Of a stretch of 58,314 nucleotides of DNA, positions 48,632 to 58,314 are shown piece after piece. This stretch comes from Bdellovibrionota bacterium (GTDB taxonomy: Bacteria; Bdellovibrionota_C; UBA2361; OMIW01). The stretch is taken from assembly GCA_044345055.1 (NCBI GenBank), contig JBIJBT010000004.1:1-58314 (forward strand). The letters run 5' to 3'. The notes below the pieces were generated by a model. The model searched no databases. It was given only the letters and a program-made list of their open reading frames with translations, and had not been told where the DNA came from. Numbering within the stretch: the stretch's first letter is position 1; every line of letters begins with the position of its first letter. The translations under genes and the position numbers were made by a program.

Positions 48632-49885
48632 ATGAGCTCAGTTAACCTCTCCCTTTTACCTCCACAACGTCTCGTACCATTTGTTCAGCATTATCCATGG
48701 GGAAAACAGGGCGAAAGTTCGATAGTCGCCCGTCTTACCGAAGCTACCCACGACGAGAGACCTCATGCAGAGCTCTGGTTAGGCAGTCACCCAAGTGGCT
48801 CTGCGCTCATTGATGTGCAAGCAGGTATCACTCTCCGCGATTGTATTGCCCGCAATCCCATTGTTACGCTCGGAACCAAGATTTCAGCTCAATGGAGCGA
48901 GTTGCCTTTTTTGCTCAAAGTTCTATCCATCGCTCAACCCCTCTCGATCCAAGCCCATCCGGATACCGCACTTGCTGAAAAACTTAACCTCAAAGATCGA
49001 TTACACTATCCCGATCCTCACCACAAACCAGAGATGGGGATAGCTCTGACTCCTGTTGATCTTTTGTACGGGTTCAAGACAAAAATCGAGCTTATCGATA
49101 CATTCACTCGGCATCCTGCTTTGCTCGATCTTCTTCCCCGCGTTGTCGCTGAAGATATTAGATCCGGAGCAAGTCCTCTCTCCGAAGAGGAGCTAAGATA
49201 TGAAGCGTACCGATCTATCGTCGAAGCATCCTCGGCAGAGCGAGCTACCGCAACAAATACGATCGCCGCTACTCTAGCAAATCGCTCCACCCAATCTCTC
49301 TACGAGAAGCTCATACCATCGCTTATAAAAGAGTATGGTGCAGACGATATCGGCATTGCTTCTGCACTTTTGCTAAAGGAGATTACTTTAAGCCCTGGAG
49401 AGGCTCTTTACATCGCTCCCCGCATTCCTCACGCCTATCTTAGTGGCGATCTGATTGAGTGCATGGCCGCTTCAGATAACGTGGTACGAGCGGGATTAAC
49501 CAGGAAGTTTCAGGACAAAGAAACACTTCTTCAAATGCTCGATTATGCGCATTCGGGCTCAGGCCGCATCTCGCCACAGATCGATCCGAACAATCCAGAA
49601 ACTACCCTCTTTATCCCTCCTATCAGCGAGTTTCAGGTCGCCATCACTCGAGGCTCAACGAATTTGATTCACGCTGTCGTATCAGGAACACCAGAGCTCT
49701 TTCTGCAGCTTGAAGGCACTACAAAGATCACCTCCCCTGATGGTTCCTCACTCACCCTTACTACCGGTCAGGGACTCTTTGTTCCGGCGTGTGTCGAATC
49801 GTATGATTTTGAGGTGAAGGAGGGTAGCTTGATACGGGTTACAGTTGGTATCGTCGAAACATCTATGAGAATCGAAAGTAATTGA
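48632..49885 (+). CDS. manA: Mannose-6-phosphate isomerase, class I
   Basis: QHYPWG, AELWLGSHP, LPFLLKVLS, LSIQAHP, HKPEM, PHAYLSG, SDNVVRAGLT. Confidence 0.95.
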   Translation: MSSVNLSLLPPQRLVPFVQHYPWGKQGESSIVARLTEATHDERPHAELWLGSHPSGSALIDVQAGITLRDCIARNPIVTLGTKISAQWSELPFLLKVLSIAQPLSIQAHPDTALAEKLNLKDRLHYPDPHHKPEMGIALTPVDLLYGFKTKIELIDTFTRHPALLDLLPRVVAEDIRSGASPLSEEELRYEAYRSIVEASSAERATATNTIAATLANRSTQSLYEKLIPSLIKEYGADDIGIASALLLKEITLSPGEALYIAPRIPHAYLSGDLIECMAASDNVVRAGLTRKFQDKETLLQMLDYAHSGSGRISPQIDPNNPETTLFIPPISEFQVAITRGSTNLIHAVVSGTPELFLQLEGTTKITSPDGSSLTLTTGQGLFVPACVESYDFEVKEGSLIRVTVGIVETSMRIESN

Positions 49886-49994
49886 CTTCCATCAACCTGA
49901 GAAACTAAGCTTTTCCTCTATTAATTGCTTCAAATAGTTGCTGCAAAGATCGACTCTCTCCGGTCTTCGTCACTTCCCTTATCTGTGCCTCATC

Positions 49995-51539
49995 ATGACA
50001 AAAAAACAACTGTCCGCTCCCAAGTCTTCTTCCATTCTAACTCAACGAAGCAGCGGAGTTCTTCTGCATCCAACCTCGCTACCTGGTCCTTACGGCATCG
50101 GTGATATCGGTCCATCTGCAGATACCTTCCTTAAGTTTCTTGCTGAATCAAAGCAACGTTTATGGATGATGCTTCCGACCTCACCAACCTCCGTTGGAGA
50201 ATTTCACAGCCCCTATTCATCGTATTCAGCATTCGCTGGAAACCCTTTGCTTATTTCTCCCGATCGTCTCGTTGAGTCGGGTGCCTGCTCTGCACTTGCT
50301 GCCGCTTCTTTCGCGAGTCGTTGTCGGGGCAAAAATCCTCTCAGGGTCGATTTTCGAAAAGTGGCCCCTCACAAGGAGCGTTTTTTAAGAGAGGTATTTG
50401 ATCAGCAAAAGACCAAGAGCTCTGTGAAGCGGGGACTAGATCGGTTTCGATCAGAGCAGAGTTGGGTAGAGGATTTTGCTCTCTTCACAAGCCTTCGCAA
50501 AAGTCAGGGTAAACCTCGGAGTGAATGGACTCGTGAGCTTCGGGTAAAAAATCAAAAAAATGCTGCACAATTAACTAAGACACTTTCAGATCAGATTGAG
50601 TTTGAGACTTATTGTCAGATGATCTTCTTTGAGCAGTTCACCGCTCTCAAGAAAAAGGCAAATCAACAGGGAATCGCTATTTTTGGCGATCTACCGATCT
50701 ATATTTCGGATGACAGCGCGGATATATGGGCCTCTCCACAGTTTTTCTCTCTTGATAAAGAAAAACGCCCCACACTCTTATCTGGCTGCCCACCTGATGC
50801 ATTTGCGACGACCGGGCAACTGTGGGGGCATCCGATATACGATTGGCCTGCGCTCAAGCGGGACAACTTTTCGTGGTGGGTTGATCGGATGCGAACAGTG
50901 ATGCAGCTCGCTGATGTCGTACGGATTGATCACTTTCGCGGGCTGGCAGCCTATTATGCTGTACCGTACGGTTCAAAAACGGCAGAACATGGAAAGTGGT
51001 ATAAGTGTCCGGGTGAAGGACTCCTCTCGGCATTTCAGCAAGCTTTTGGATCGGTACCGGTGGTTGCTGAGGACCTTGGGTTCATCACCGATGATGTTCA
51101 TCAATTGAGAGATTCTTTTAATCTACTCGGTATGCGGGTGCTTCAATTTGGATTTGGTGCTGATGGTTACAACACCAATATACACGCTCCTTTTAACGTC
51201 TCACCCCAATCCGTTATTTTCACCGGCACCCACGATAACGATACCGCCAAGGGATGGTTAGGCTCAGTGTCGGCCGAGGAGCGAAAACGAATCTTCACAC
51301 TCATGGGCAAGCCACCGCGTTCGGAATTTGAGCGTGCCTTCGTGCGCTTGGCACTCTCGACCCCTGCAAAACTCGCGATAACACCCCTTCAGGACATTCT
51401 TGGGCTTGGAAGCACAGGTCGCATGAATCGGCCCGGATTTGCTCGTTGGGATAACTGGAGCTGGCGATTCAATGATTCGTTGAAGTCATCCGTTGACTGG
51501 CTCAGAGAGATCACCGAGGCAACGGGACGTGCGGGATGA
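49995..51539 (+). CDS. malQ: 4-alpha-glucanotransferase (amylomaltase, GH77)
   Basis: SGVLLHPTSLPG, GDLPIY, GQLWGHP, RIDHFRG, AEDLG, TGTHDNDT, RMNRPG. Confidence 0.96.
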   Translation: MTKKQLSAPKSSSILTQRSSGVLLHPTSLPGPYGIGDIGPSADTFLKFLAESKQRLWMMLPTSPTSVGEFHSPYSSYSAFAGNPLLISPDRLVESGACSALAAASFASRCRGKNPLRVDFRKVAPHKERFLREVFDQQKTKSSVKRGLDRFRSEQSWVEDFALFTSLRKSQGKPRSEWTRELRVKNQKNAAQLTKTLSDQIEFETYCQMIFFEQFTALKKKANQQGIAIFGDLPIYISDDSADIWASPQFFSLDKEKRPTLLSGCPPDAFATTGQLWGHPIYDWPALKRDNFSWWVDRMRTVMQLADVVRIDHFRGLAAYYAVPYGSKTAEHGKWYKCPGEGLLSAFQQAFGSVPVVAEDLGFITDDVHQLRDSFNLLGMRVLQFGFGADGYNTNIHAPFNVSPQSVIFTGTHDNDTAKGWLGSVSAEERKRIFTLMGKPPRSEFERAFVRLALSTPAKLAITPLQDILGLGSTGRMNRPGFARWDNWSWRFNDSLKSSVDWLREITEATGRAG

Positions 51540-51591
51540 TTGACCGATGGGCTCTGCCGCTACCGAGAGCCCATCAGTTTATCTCCTCTAT

Positions 51592-52968
51592 TCACCCCCG
51601 CAATTCCTTCTTAATCTCCTCAATTCGCTCTACCATTATCCGCCGATACTCCTCCAGCTCCATCTGTGTCTCCGCCTCAAACCGGAGGACCAGAATCGGC
51701 TGGGTGTTGGAGGCTCGCACAAGGCCCCATCCTTTTGGGAAAGTAACGCGAGCGCCGTCGGTAGTGTCTACCGGATATTCGGCGAATGCGGTTTTGGCAC
51801 GTTCGGCGATCTGAAATTTGATCTCGTCAGGGCAATCAACTCGGATTTCCGGAGTTGATTCTCTGGGGGGAAGATCTGCGAGGAGCTGCGAGACAGGTCT
51901 TGTTTCGCTACTGACTAGCTCGCAAAAACGGGCAGTCGCATAAAGGGCATCATCGAATCCAAAGTAGCGATGCTTGAAGAATATGTGGCCGCTCATCTCT
52001 CCAGCCAAATCGGCTTTTTCTTCCCTCAATTTTGCTTTAATCAGCGAGTGGCCCGTCTTCCACATTATTGGCCGAGCTCCTCGTTGTGCAAGATCGTCAA
52101 AGAGAAGAGACGAGCATTTAACATCGCCAATAACGGTTGGATGCGGAAGCTCGGTCATTAGTGCGCGAGCAAAAAGAAGAAGAAGCATATCTCCAAAAAT
52201 CGGCTTTCCTGTCTCATCTACCACACCAATCCGGTCAGCATCCCCGTCCCAGCCGATCCCAAAATCAGCCCCTTCCTCAACGACCCGCGCTGCAAGGGTC
52301 TTGATATTCTCGAGTTCGGTCGGGTCTGGATGGTGATTTGGAAATCGTCCATCTGGTTCACAAAAAAGCTCTACAACCTCAACCGAGAGCGCTCGCAATA
52401 CCGCCGGCCCTATAAGACCACCTACCCCATTTCCTGCATCAACAACGACCCGCAATCGACGAGGGCCCATCGCAGGACGGCTATTCTCTATCAGCATCGC
52501 TGTATATTTCTCGCGCATTGGGAGAGAAGTTATCGAGCCCTTCGGCTCGGATGGAGCGCCATGTTCTTCCTCCACGACGATTCGATACAGCTCCTGAATT
52601 CCCGCACCCGATAGAGTTTCTTTACCGAGACACATCTTAAAGCCGTTCATATCGGCTGGATTGTGGCTTCCGGTTACCTGAATTCCTCCCCCAAAATCCT
52701 CCGAAAAAATGGCGTAATATAGCTGCGGCGTTGGTCCCATCCCAGTGAGCACAACATCAACTCCAGCCGATGTTATCCCCTCAGCAAGCGCCTCAGCATA
52801 AGACTCGGAGGTCAACCGACAATCCCAGCCAATACCGATACGATTGAACCCAGAGCAACGCGCCATCACGCCGTATCCTCGACCGAGAGCACGCGCAAAG
52901 GTTGGAGATAGATGCTCCCCAACAACTCCTCGAATATCGTTCTCCCGAAAAACTCCTTTATCTATCAC
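51592..52968 (-). CDS. Phosphomannomutase/phosphoglucomutase
   Basis: FRENDIRG, TGSHNP, DGDADR, GEMSGH, VRASNTQP. Confidence 0.95.
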   Translation of the reverse strand: MIDKGVFRENDIRGVVGEHLSPTFARALGRGYGVMARCSGFNRIGIGWDCRLTSESYAEALAEGITSAGVDVVLTGMGPTPQLYYAIFSEDFGGGIQVTGSHNPADMNGFKMCLGKETLSGAGIQELYRIVVEEEHGAPSEPKGSITSLPMREKYTAMLIENSRPAMGPRRLRVVVDAGNGVGGLIGPAVLRALSVEVVELFCEPDGRFPNHHPDPTELENIKTLAARVVEEGADFGIGWDGDADRIGVVDETGKPIFGDMLLLLFARALMTELPHPTVIGDVKCSSLLFDDLAQRGARPIMWKTGHSLIKAKLREEKADLAGEMSGHIFFKHRYFGFDDALYATARFCELVSSETRPVSQLLADLPPRESTPEIRVDCPDEIKFQIAERAKTAFAEYPVDTTDGARVTFPKGWGLVRASNTQPILVLRFEAETQMELEEYRRIMVERIEEIKKELRG

Positions 52969-53995
52969 GGCTGCCCCCTTCCATCGTTGTCCTTTTTTGA
53001 TTCTTTTGCTGAATCAATTTCTCAACCGAATGACGCTTTAACAGCTCTGCTGAAAAGCTCGCTATACGATCCTGCATACGCTTCTGTTCTAATATCGCTC
53101 GAATTTCTCGCCGCCGCTCCTGCGATGCAGAAACCTCATCATTCTCCTCACTCTCTTCCTCATCTGAGCTATCTTGGCGATCGTTCACCCGAAATATGCG
53201 GATAGTCGCACCACTCATCACCGGCTTACTAACCTCATCTTCATCAAGACCTCGGATCGCCTCAACGATTTCAGGACTAAGATCCTTTTCTGACACTACT
53301 CCCAACTCACTCCCAGAGACACCATCTGCTTGAGATATCTCATCAGCAATTTCCGCAACATCTCCGCCATCTTCGAGAAATTCCTTAACTTCATCGACGA
53401 TCCGTTTCTCTCGATCGGCTCGGCCCGAACGCGCTATCGTCACCTGAGAAAGATCAACTCCCGAAGAGCTCTTAATCGTAAAGCTGTGGCCCGCTTCCTG
53501 CCGAAGATAATCATCAATCTCTTTTTCAGTAATCGATACCGAACCGCGCAAAATAGAGCCCGCGAGCTTTGAGCGGAGAATATCGAACTCTACCTCTTTG
53601 AGATAATCCGCATATCGCTTTCCACCCTTTTCAACGGTCGCCTTTAGCTGCGCGGCACTAATACCGTTTCGCTCAGCAACCTCAGCAACGTATATCTCAA
53701 CCTCTTGCTGCGAGACCGAGAGCTGTTTTGCCTCAGCTTCGATACGCACAATTTGCTCCTCAATCATCGCATCAAGGGCAGCTTGAACCGAGGTCTCGGA
53801 TGCGGCATCAACGGTCCTGAGTGGGCGGCCAATTCGTCGCCCGAGATCGCGCAGCGTAATCGGCTGACCATCAACACTCGCGATAATCGTATCGACAATC
53901 GGAGCACTCAAACTTTCCTCGGCCCTCCCCATTATCTCGCCTGAGACAACAAGACAAAAGCCGAGAAACAGCCGAGAAAAAATACGACTTTTCAT
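52958..53995 (-). CDS. surA: SurA-like periplasmic chaperone (degenerate parvulin domain)
   Basis: Signal peptide; VDTIIASVDGQPIT; GSELGVV...LSPEI...VSKPV; lies downstream of mfd. Confidence 0.75.
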   Translation of the reverse strand: MKSRIFSRLFLGFCLVVSGEIMGRAEESLSAPIVDTIIASVDGQPITLRDLGRRIGRPLRTVDAASETSVQAALDAMIEEQIVRIEAEAKQLSVSQQEVEIYVAEVAERNGISAAQLKATVEKGGKRYADYLKEVEFDILRSKLAGSILRGSVSITEKEIDDYLRQEAGHSFTIKSSSGVDLSQVTIARSGRADREKRIVDEVKEFLEDGGDVAEIADEISQADGVSGSELGVVSEKDLSPEIVEAIRGLDEDEVSKPVMSGATIRIFRVNDRQDSSDEEESEENDEVSASQERRREIRAILEQKRMQDRIASFSAELLKRHSVEKLIQQKNQKRTTMEGGSRDR

Positions 53996-54082
53996 CGCGT
54001 AGTCCAAAAAAAGTGGAATATGTCAGCTGCACGGGAGATAAAAAATTCAGCGCCTAAAAAATCAGCCCCGAGCTATGCTCAA

Positions 54083-57000
54083 CTAACTTGATGGAGCGGC
54101 GAGACGCTCTTGTCGCACCCCATGAAGAAGTGATTCGGTAATTCGATATATGGATAACAGCGGCAGTTTTTCAGAACTCAACTCGACCCACCAGGTGAGA
54201 TTCTTCCCTAGACGATAAGTCTGCGGCTGAGACTCCGCAAGAGCAAGGAGCGCGGAGAGGTCAAGAGGAGAGCGATTGGTCAACCACAACACGAGCCGCC
54301 GCCCTGAGAGCTCCGCTTTTGCAATTGCAAATCGGCGCAATAATCCACGATATCTCATGATATCGACAAGATTTCGGACCTCCTCCGATGGCTCGCCAAA
54401 TCGATCGGCCATCTCATCGAGAATCTCATCTGCCTCGTGATATTCATCGATCAGAGCTAAACGCTGATACAACAGCAGGCGCTCCGAAAGATCAGGAATA
54501 TAGGGCTCTGGAATCGAGGCATCAAGGGGGAATTTTACCTCAGGTTCGAGCCGTTCCCCCCCCTCCAAGGCGTCTCCCCTAAGCTGACCCACAGCCTCTC
54601 TTAAGAGATCAGTAAAGAGCTCAAAACCCACGGCGCCAATGCTTCCAGATTGTTCCTTGCCGAGTAGATTTCCTGCACCACGAATCTCTAAATCGCGCAA
54701 CGCAAGCTCAAAACCCACCCCTAAATCCTCAAAAGATTGGAGCACCTTGAGCCGCTCTCGCGCCTCCGCAGAGAGAGATTTCTTCGGAGGAACAAGAAAA
54801 TAAGCGTACGCTTGGCGCGATCCGCGACCTACTCGCCCCCGAATCTGATAGAGCTGAGCTAGGCCATAGAGGTGAGCACTATCAACCACTATCGTATTTG
54901 CATTCGGAACATCGAGACCAGATTCGATAATCGTTGTCGTAACAAGAATATCGATCTCACCTAGGAGAAACCGGCGCATAACCTCTTCGAGTACAATCTC
55001 TGGCATCTGCCCATGTGCATACTCGACCCGCGCTTGCGGGAACATCTCACGCAACAAGACAGCACGACTTCCGACCGTCTGCACCCGATTATGCAGAAAG
55101 AACACCTGGCCATTTCGTTGTAATTCACGCTCGATCGCGTCGCGCACAACGGCTGAATCATCCTGGGCGATAAATGTTCGTATTGGTCGCCGATCAACAG
55201 GAGGTGTTCGAAGCACACTGACATCCCGCACCCCAACCAGAGATAGGTGAAGGGTGCGAGGAATTGGCGTTGCGGTCATCGTCAAAGTATCTACCCCCGC
55301 AGTTACCTGACGAAGCCGCTCCTTTTGCTTCACTCCAAACCGGTGCTCCTCATCGATAATCAGCAAACCGAGATCACGAAAATTAACATCTGGTTGAAGT
55401 AATCGGTGGGTGCCGATGATGATATCAATCTCACCCGAAGCGAGTTCAGACAAAGTTTTTCGATTATCGGCATCAGAATAAAATCTACTCACCGCACCAA
55501 CTACTGCGGGATAGCCAAGGAACCGCTCCTGAAACGAACGTCGATGTTGTTCGACCAAAATAGTTGTTGGTACCAAAACAGCAACCTGTTTTCGGTGTTG
55601 AAACGCCTTAAATGCTGCCCGAATAGCTATCTCAGTTTTTCCAAACCCCACATCGCCGCAGATGAGGCGATCCATCGCCTTTTCACTCGCCATATCAGCA
55701 AGAGTCTCACCAATAGCGCGTACCTGATCGGGGGTTTCATCATACGGAAATCCATCAGCGAAGCGATCGTCCTCTGCCCCGACAAAATCAAAATGCCATC
55801 CCCGTTGAATCGACCGAGAGGCGTACAACGTCAAAAGATCTCCTGCAAGGCTCACGGTTGCCTCGCGAACCTTCTCCTTCGCGCGGAACCATCTCTTTGA
55901 TCCTAATCTATCGAGAGTCGGACGATGCCCATCTGCGGCGAGAAATCGTTGAACTTTTGCTATGTGTTGAATCGGAACAAAGAGCCGACTGTCGGCGTAT
56001 TCTATCGCAAGAAAATCCCCAACAAATCCCTCGACCGTTCGCTGTTCAACTCCTCGATACAAACCGATTCCATAATCACGGTGCACGATAAAATCATCGC
56101 TTTGCAGCTCCCGTAACGAGTGCAAAATCCGTCGCTGACTAAGGCTTTTTATCTTGCGGCGACGGATTGAGCGATCATGAAACAGCTCATGTTCTCCAAC
56201 GATGATGAGCCGCTCCTCGGGCATCTGAACTCCCTGAGAAAGGGTGCCCTCCATGACCGCGACCACGGGGCCCGCCTCATCTCGCATAAAATCTTGCAAC
56301 GGCCCACGGTATAGTATCGCTGCAACCTTGATACTCTCGAGAATCGCCATCAATCGCTCAGCTCGCGCCGCCGCACCAACAACAAATATCACCCGATAAT
56401 TTGCCTTCAGCCAACCGTTAAGCGCCTTCTTCAGGGGCGCGAGCGCCTGACCACTTCCCGCTTTTGCTTTTAGTGATGATTCAAGTTCGGTATTGCTACT
56501 CGTTCGGTATGTAAGCGCCTTTACCTTTTTCTGTTCAAGCCCTGCAACTCCACTCAGGTCAGCAGAGAAACGGCTGCTAAAGAGGGAACGAAATTGATCA
56601 GGATTGATATATAGATCTTCAAGCTCAGGAAAGAGAGCGCGCTCACCTGCAAGCTGGAGAGCCCGCGCCTGAAGCCGATCCCAAAAGGCATCAAGTGCTG
56701 CCTCACATGCGACTCTGTCATCGAAAAATAGTGGTGCATCTGCTGGCAGATAATCGGCAATCGGAACTAAGTCGCGATACAATAATCCCTGAAAACCCTC
56801 CATTCCCGGAAAAGTCAGATCAGCTCTTACCGTTTCCTCCATCTCCCGAACCACCTTGCTCGGCAGATGCAAATGCCCCCCGCGTTCCCGAATCCTCTGA
56901 CAAATATCTTCGAGCGAAACTTCAGACTCACTCGGCGCTACCCACTCAGAAACGGGAAGAAGTTCGATACTCGGAATATCATCAACCGTTCGCTGAGTTT

Positions 57001-57562
57001 GTAGATCAAATCTGCGCAAACGGGTTATGACCTCATCATCGATATACACCCGCACCGGAAACGGCTCAGCAGGAGTAAATATATCGAGCACCATTCCACT
57101 CGATGCATAATCACCAACCGATTGAACAACAGGATTTCTCCGATAACCGGCCCGATTAAGAAGCGAGATAATAGCCTCCCGTTCAAAGCGATCACCGACC
57201 GAGAGTGTCGTGTGAAGATGAATCAATCGGTGCGGTGGATGGACCCTCTGCGCAAGAACCTCGACACTTACAACCCAGACAGCAGCATGCCCCCTCACCC
57301 CATTGAGCAACAGCCCAACCCGCCCCGCCATCAGCTCTCGCTCTGGCGACACTCGCTCAAACGGGAGTATCTGCCACGAGGGAAACAAACGCGCCCCATT
57401 CCCCCCGATAAAAAACGAAAGCTCATCCGCAAACTGCTCTGCTCTACTAAAATCGGCACAAACAACAATCCCAACTCGCCTCTCCCGCAGAAACTCAGCC
57501 ACCCACCAAGCACGCGCCGGTCCCTCAAGGCCAGAACAGATAATGGGCTTTTTTGTTGGCAT
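54083..57562 (-). CDS. mfd: Transcription-repair coupling factor
   Basis: VHRDYGIG (RID), DRLICGDVGFGKTE, DEEHRFGV, TATPIPRTL, QIRGRVGR, RDLEIRGAGNLLG. Confidence 0.97.
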   Translation of the reverse strand: MPTKKPIICSGLEGPARAWWVAEFLRERRVGIVVCADFSRAEQFADELSFFIGGNGARLFPSWQILPFERVSPERELMAGRVGLLLNGVRGHAAVWVVSVEVLAQRVHPPHRLIHLHTTLSVGDRFEREAIISLLNRAGYRRNPVVQSVGDYASSGMVLDIFTPAEPFPVRVYIDDEVITRLRRFDLQTQRTVDDIPSIELLPVSEWVAPSESEVSLEDICQRIRERGGHLHLPSKVVREMEETVRADLTFPGMEGFQGLLYRDLVPIADYLPADAPLFFDDRVACEAALDAFWDRLQARALQLAGERALFPELEDLYINPDQFRSLFSSRFSADLSGVAGLEQKKVKALTYRTSSNTELESSLKAKAGSGQALAPLKKALNGWLKANYRVIFVVGAAARAERLMAILESIKVAAILYRGPLQDFMRDEAGPVVAVMEGTLSQGVQMPEERLIIVGEHELFHDRSIRRRKIKSLSQRRILHSLRELQSDDFIVHRDYGIGLYRGVEQRTVEGFVGDFLAIEYADSRLFVPIQHIAKVQRFLAADGHRPTLDRLGSKRWFRAKEKVREATVSLAGDLLTLYASRSIQRGWHFDFVGAEDDRFADGFPYDETPDQVRAIGETLADMASEKAMDRLICGDVGFGKTEIAIRAAFKAFQHRKQVAVLVPTTILVEQHRRSFQERFLGYPAVVGAVSRFYSDADNRKTLSELASGEIDIIIGTHRLLQPDVNFRDLGLLIIDEEHRFGVKQKERLRQVTAGVDTLTMTATPIPRTLHLSLVGVRDVSVLRTPPVDRRPIRTFIAQDDSAVVRDAIERELQRNGQVFFLHNRVQTVGSRAVLLREMFPQARVEYAHGQMPEIVLEEVMRRFLLGEIDILVTTTIIESGLDVPNANTIVVDSAHLYGLAQLYQIRGRVGRGSRQAYAYFLVPPKKSLSAEARERLKVLQSFEDLGVGFELALRDLEIRGAGNLLGKEQSGSIGAVGFELFTDLLREAVGQLRGDALEGGERLEPEVKFPLDASIPEPYIPDLSERLLLYQRLALIDEYHEADEILDEMADRFGEPSEEVRNLVDIMRYRGLLRRFAIAKAELSGRRLVLWLTNRSPLDLSALLALAESQPQTYRLGKNLTWWVELSSEKLPLLSIYRITESLLHGVRQERLAAPSS

Positions 57563-57788
57563 GGGGTTGTTGGATCAGAGGGAGATTTGTCGAGATTAAG
57601 GGGATTCTTAGTTTCGGACGGGACGTATACTACTGTTTTGAGTGTTGGGACGGAAGGGTTTGGGGTAGGTATCGAGCATTATATCGCTCGCACATGAGAC
57701 TGGTATCACCGGGTGGAGTAGTTTGTTTACTACGCGCGTTCAATGTAAACGCTTGCCAATCAAAGGAAAGATTTTAAACGAAAAGCCC

Positions 57789-58106
57789 CCTAGGCGTGCG
57801 GACCTCCGGTCCACATAAAGTGCCACAATACTTCGAAGAGATGCGGGCCGGAGGCCCGCGTACCCAGGGGGGCGGCTAACGTCGTAAATCATCTGGGGGA
57901 CAAAATCCCTGGGTTCGCGGACCTCCGGTCCGCATAAAGTGCCACAACACTCCGAAGAAATGCGGGCCGGAGGCCCGCGTACCCAGGGGTGCGGCTAACG
58001 TCGTGAATCATCTGGGGGACAAGATCCCTGGGTGCGCGGACCTCCGGTCCGCATGAGGTGCCACAATACTTCGAAGAGATGCGGGCCGGAGGCCCGCGTA
58101 CCCAGG
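57789..58106. repeat. Tandem array of three REP doublets (REPIN/BIME-like), 119-bp period
   Basis: Units start at 57789, 57908 and 58027. Each is a 28-nt CCTGGGT(G)CGCGGACCTCCGGTCCGCAT, a 24-nt spacer, and the inverted 28-nt ATGCGGGCCGGAGGCCCGCGTACCCAGG, joined by 39-nt linkers. Confidence 0.88.
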
Positions 58107-58314
58107 ATCGTTCAAAACCCTTCCTCTCTACCCGCGCACCTCTTTGGTTCAGACGCATAGAAAGAATAGCTGTATTAAAACGTCCTCTAATTCCCTCTAC
58201 AAACGCCTCAAATCATGCCAAATGAGCTCAGATCCCCCAAAAAAACTCGGTTCACGCCGAGATTCGGGGTGTTGAGGAGGGTAGAAAAAAATTAAAATTG
58301 CGGAATATCAGGGC

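Noticed and set aside
57122..57697. 191-aa plus-strand ORF, and other antisense ORFs such as 26236-26928, 46813-47319 and 55406-55900
   Set aside because: They are shadows of well-supported genes on the opposite strand and show no motifs.
57789..58106. Possible CRISPR array
   Set aside because: The intervening sequences are near-identical between units, the repeats alternate in orientation, and no cas genes are present.
57889..58158. 89-aa ORF across the repeat array
   Set aside because: It arises from the GC-rich repeat sequence; no coding evidence.

Overview
58 kb bacterial chromosomal segment at roughly 50% GC. LPS heptose epimerase, a porin, SurA and YidC indicate a diderm organism. The mfd-surA order, NtrC-type regulator and lipoprotein S1 protease suggest a deltaproteobacterial-type lineage (inference only). 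Most of the window is housekeeping or metabolic: argH (3' part), fbaB, gabD-like, recN, tal-zwf-opcA, ppa, tRNA-Lys(UUU), rfaD, rpmH-rnpA-yidD-yidC-mnmE, glgP, lepB, manA, malQ, PMM/PGM, surA, mfd. Notable parts: (1) an isolated, highly diverged traW-traU-trbC-like trio with no other conjugation genes, next to a divergent large secreted Gly/Leu/Asn-rich protein; (2) a porin / FMN-binding protein / membrane-domain-ApbE fusion flavinylation operon whose leader has an anti-Shine-Dalgarno hairpin; (3) an IS4/IS701-like element carrying a divergent small ORF and a perfect 14-bp palindrome, which truncates a tandem paralog, has no target duplication and lies near an apparent GC-skew switch; (4) a 205-bp MITE with an 8-bp target duplication at the argH stop codon; (5) a 3 x 119-bp REP-doublet array upstream of mfd; (6) YidC with an extra C-terminal hydrophobic helix. 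All family calls come from motif recognition by eye; no searches were run.
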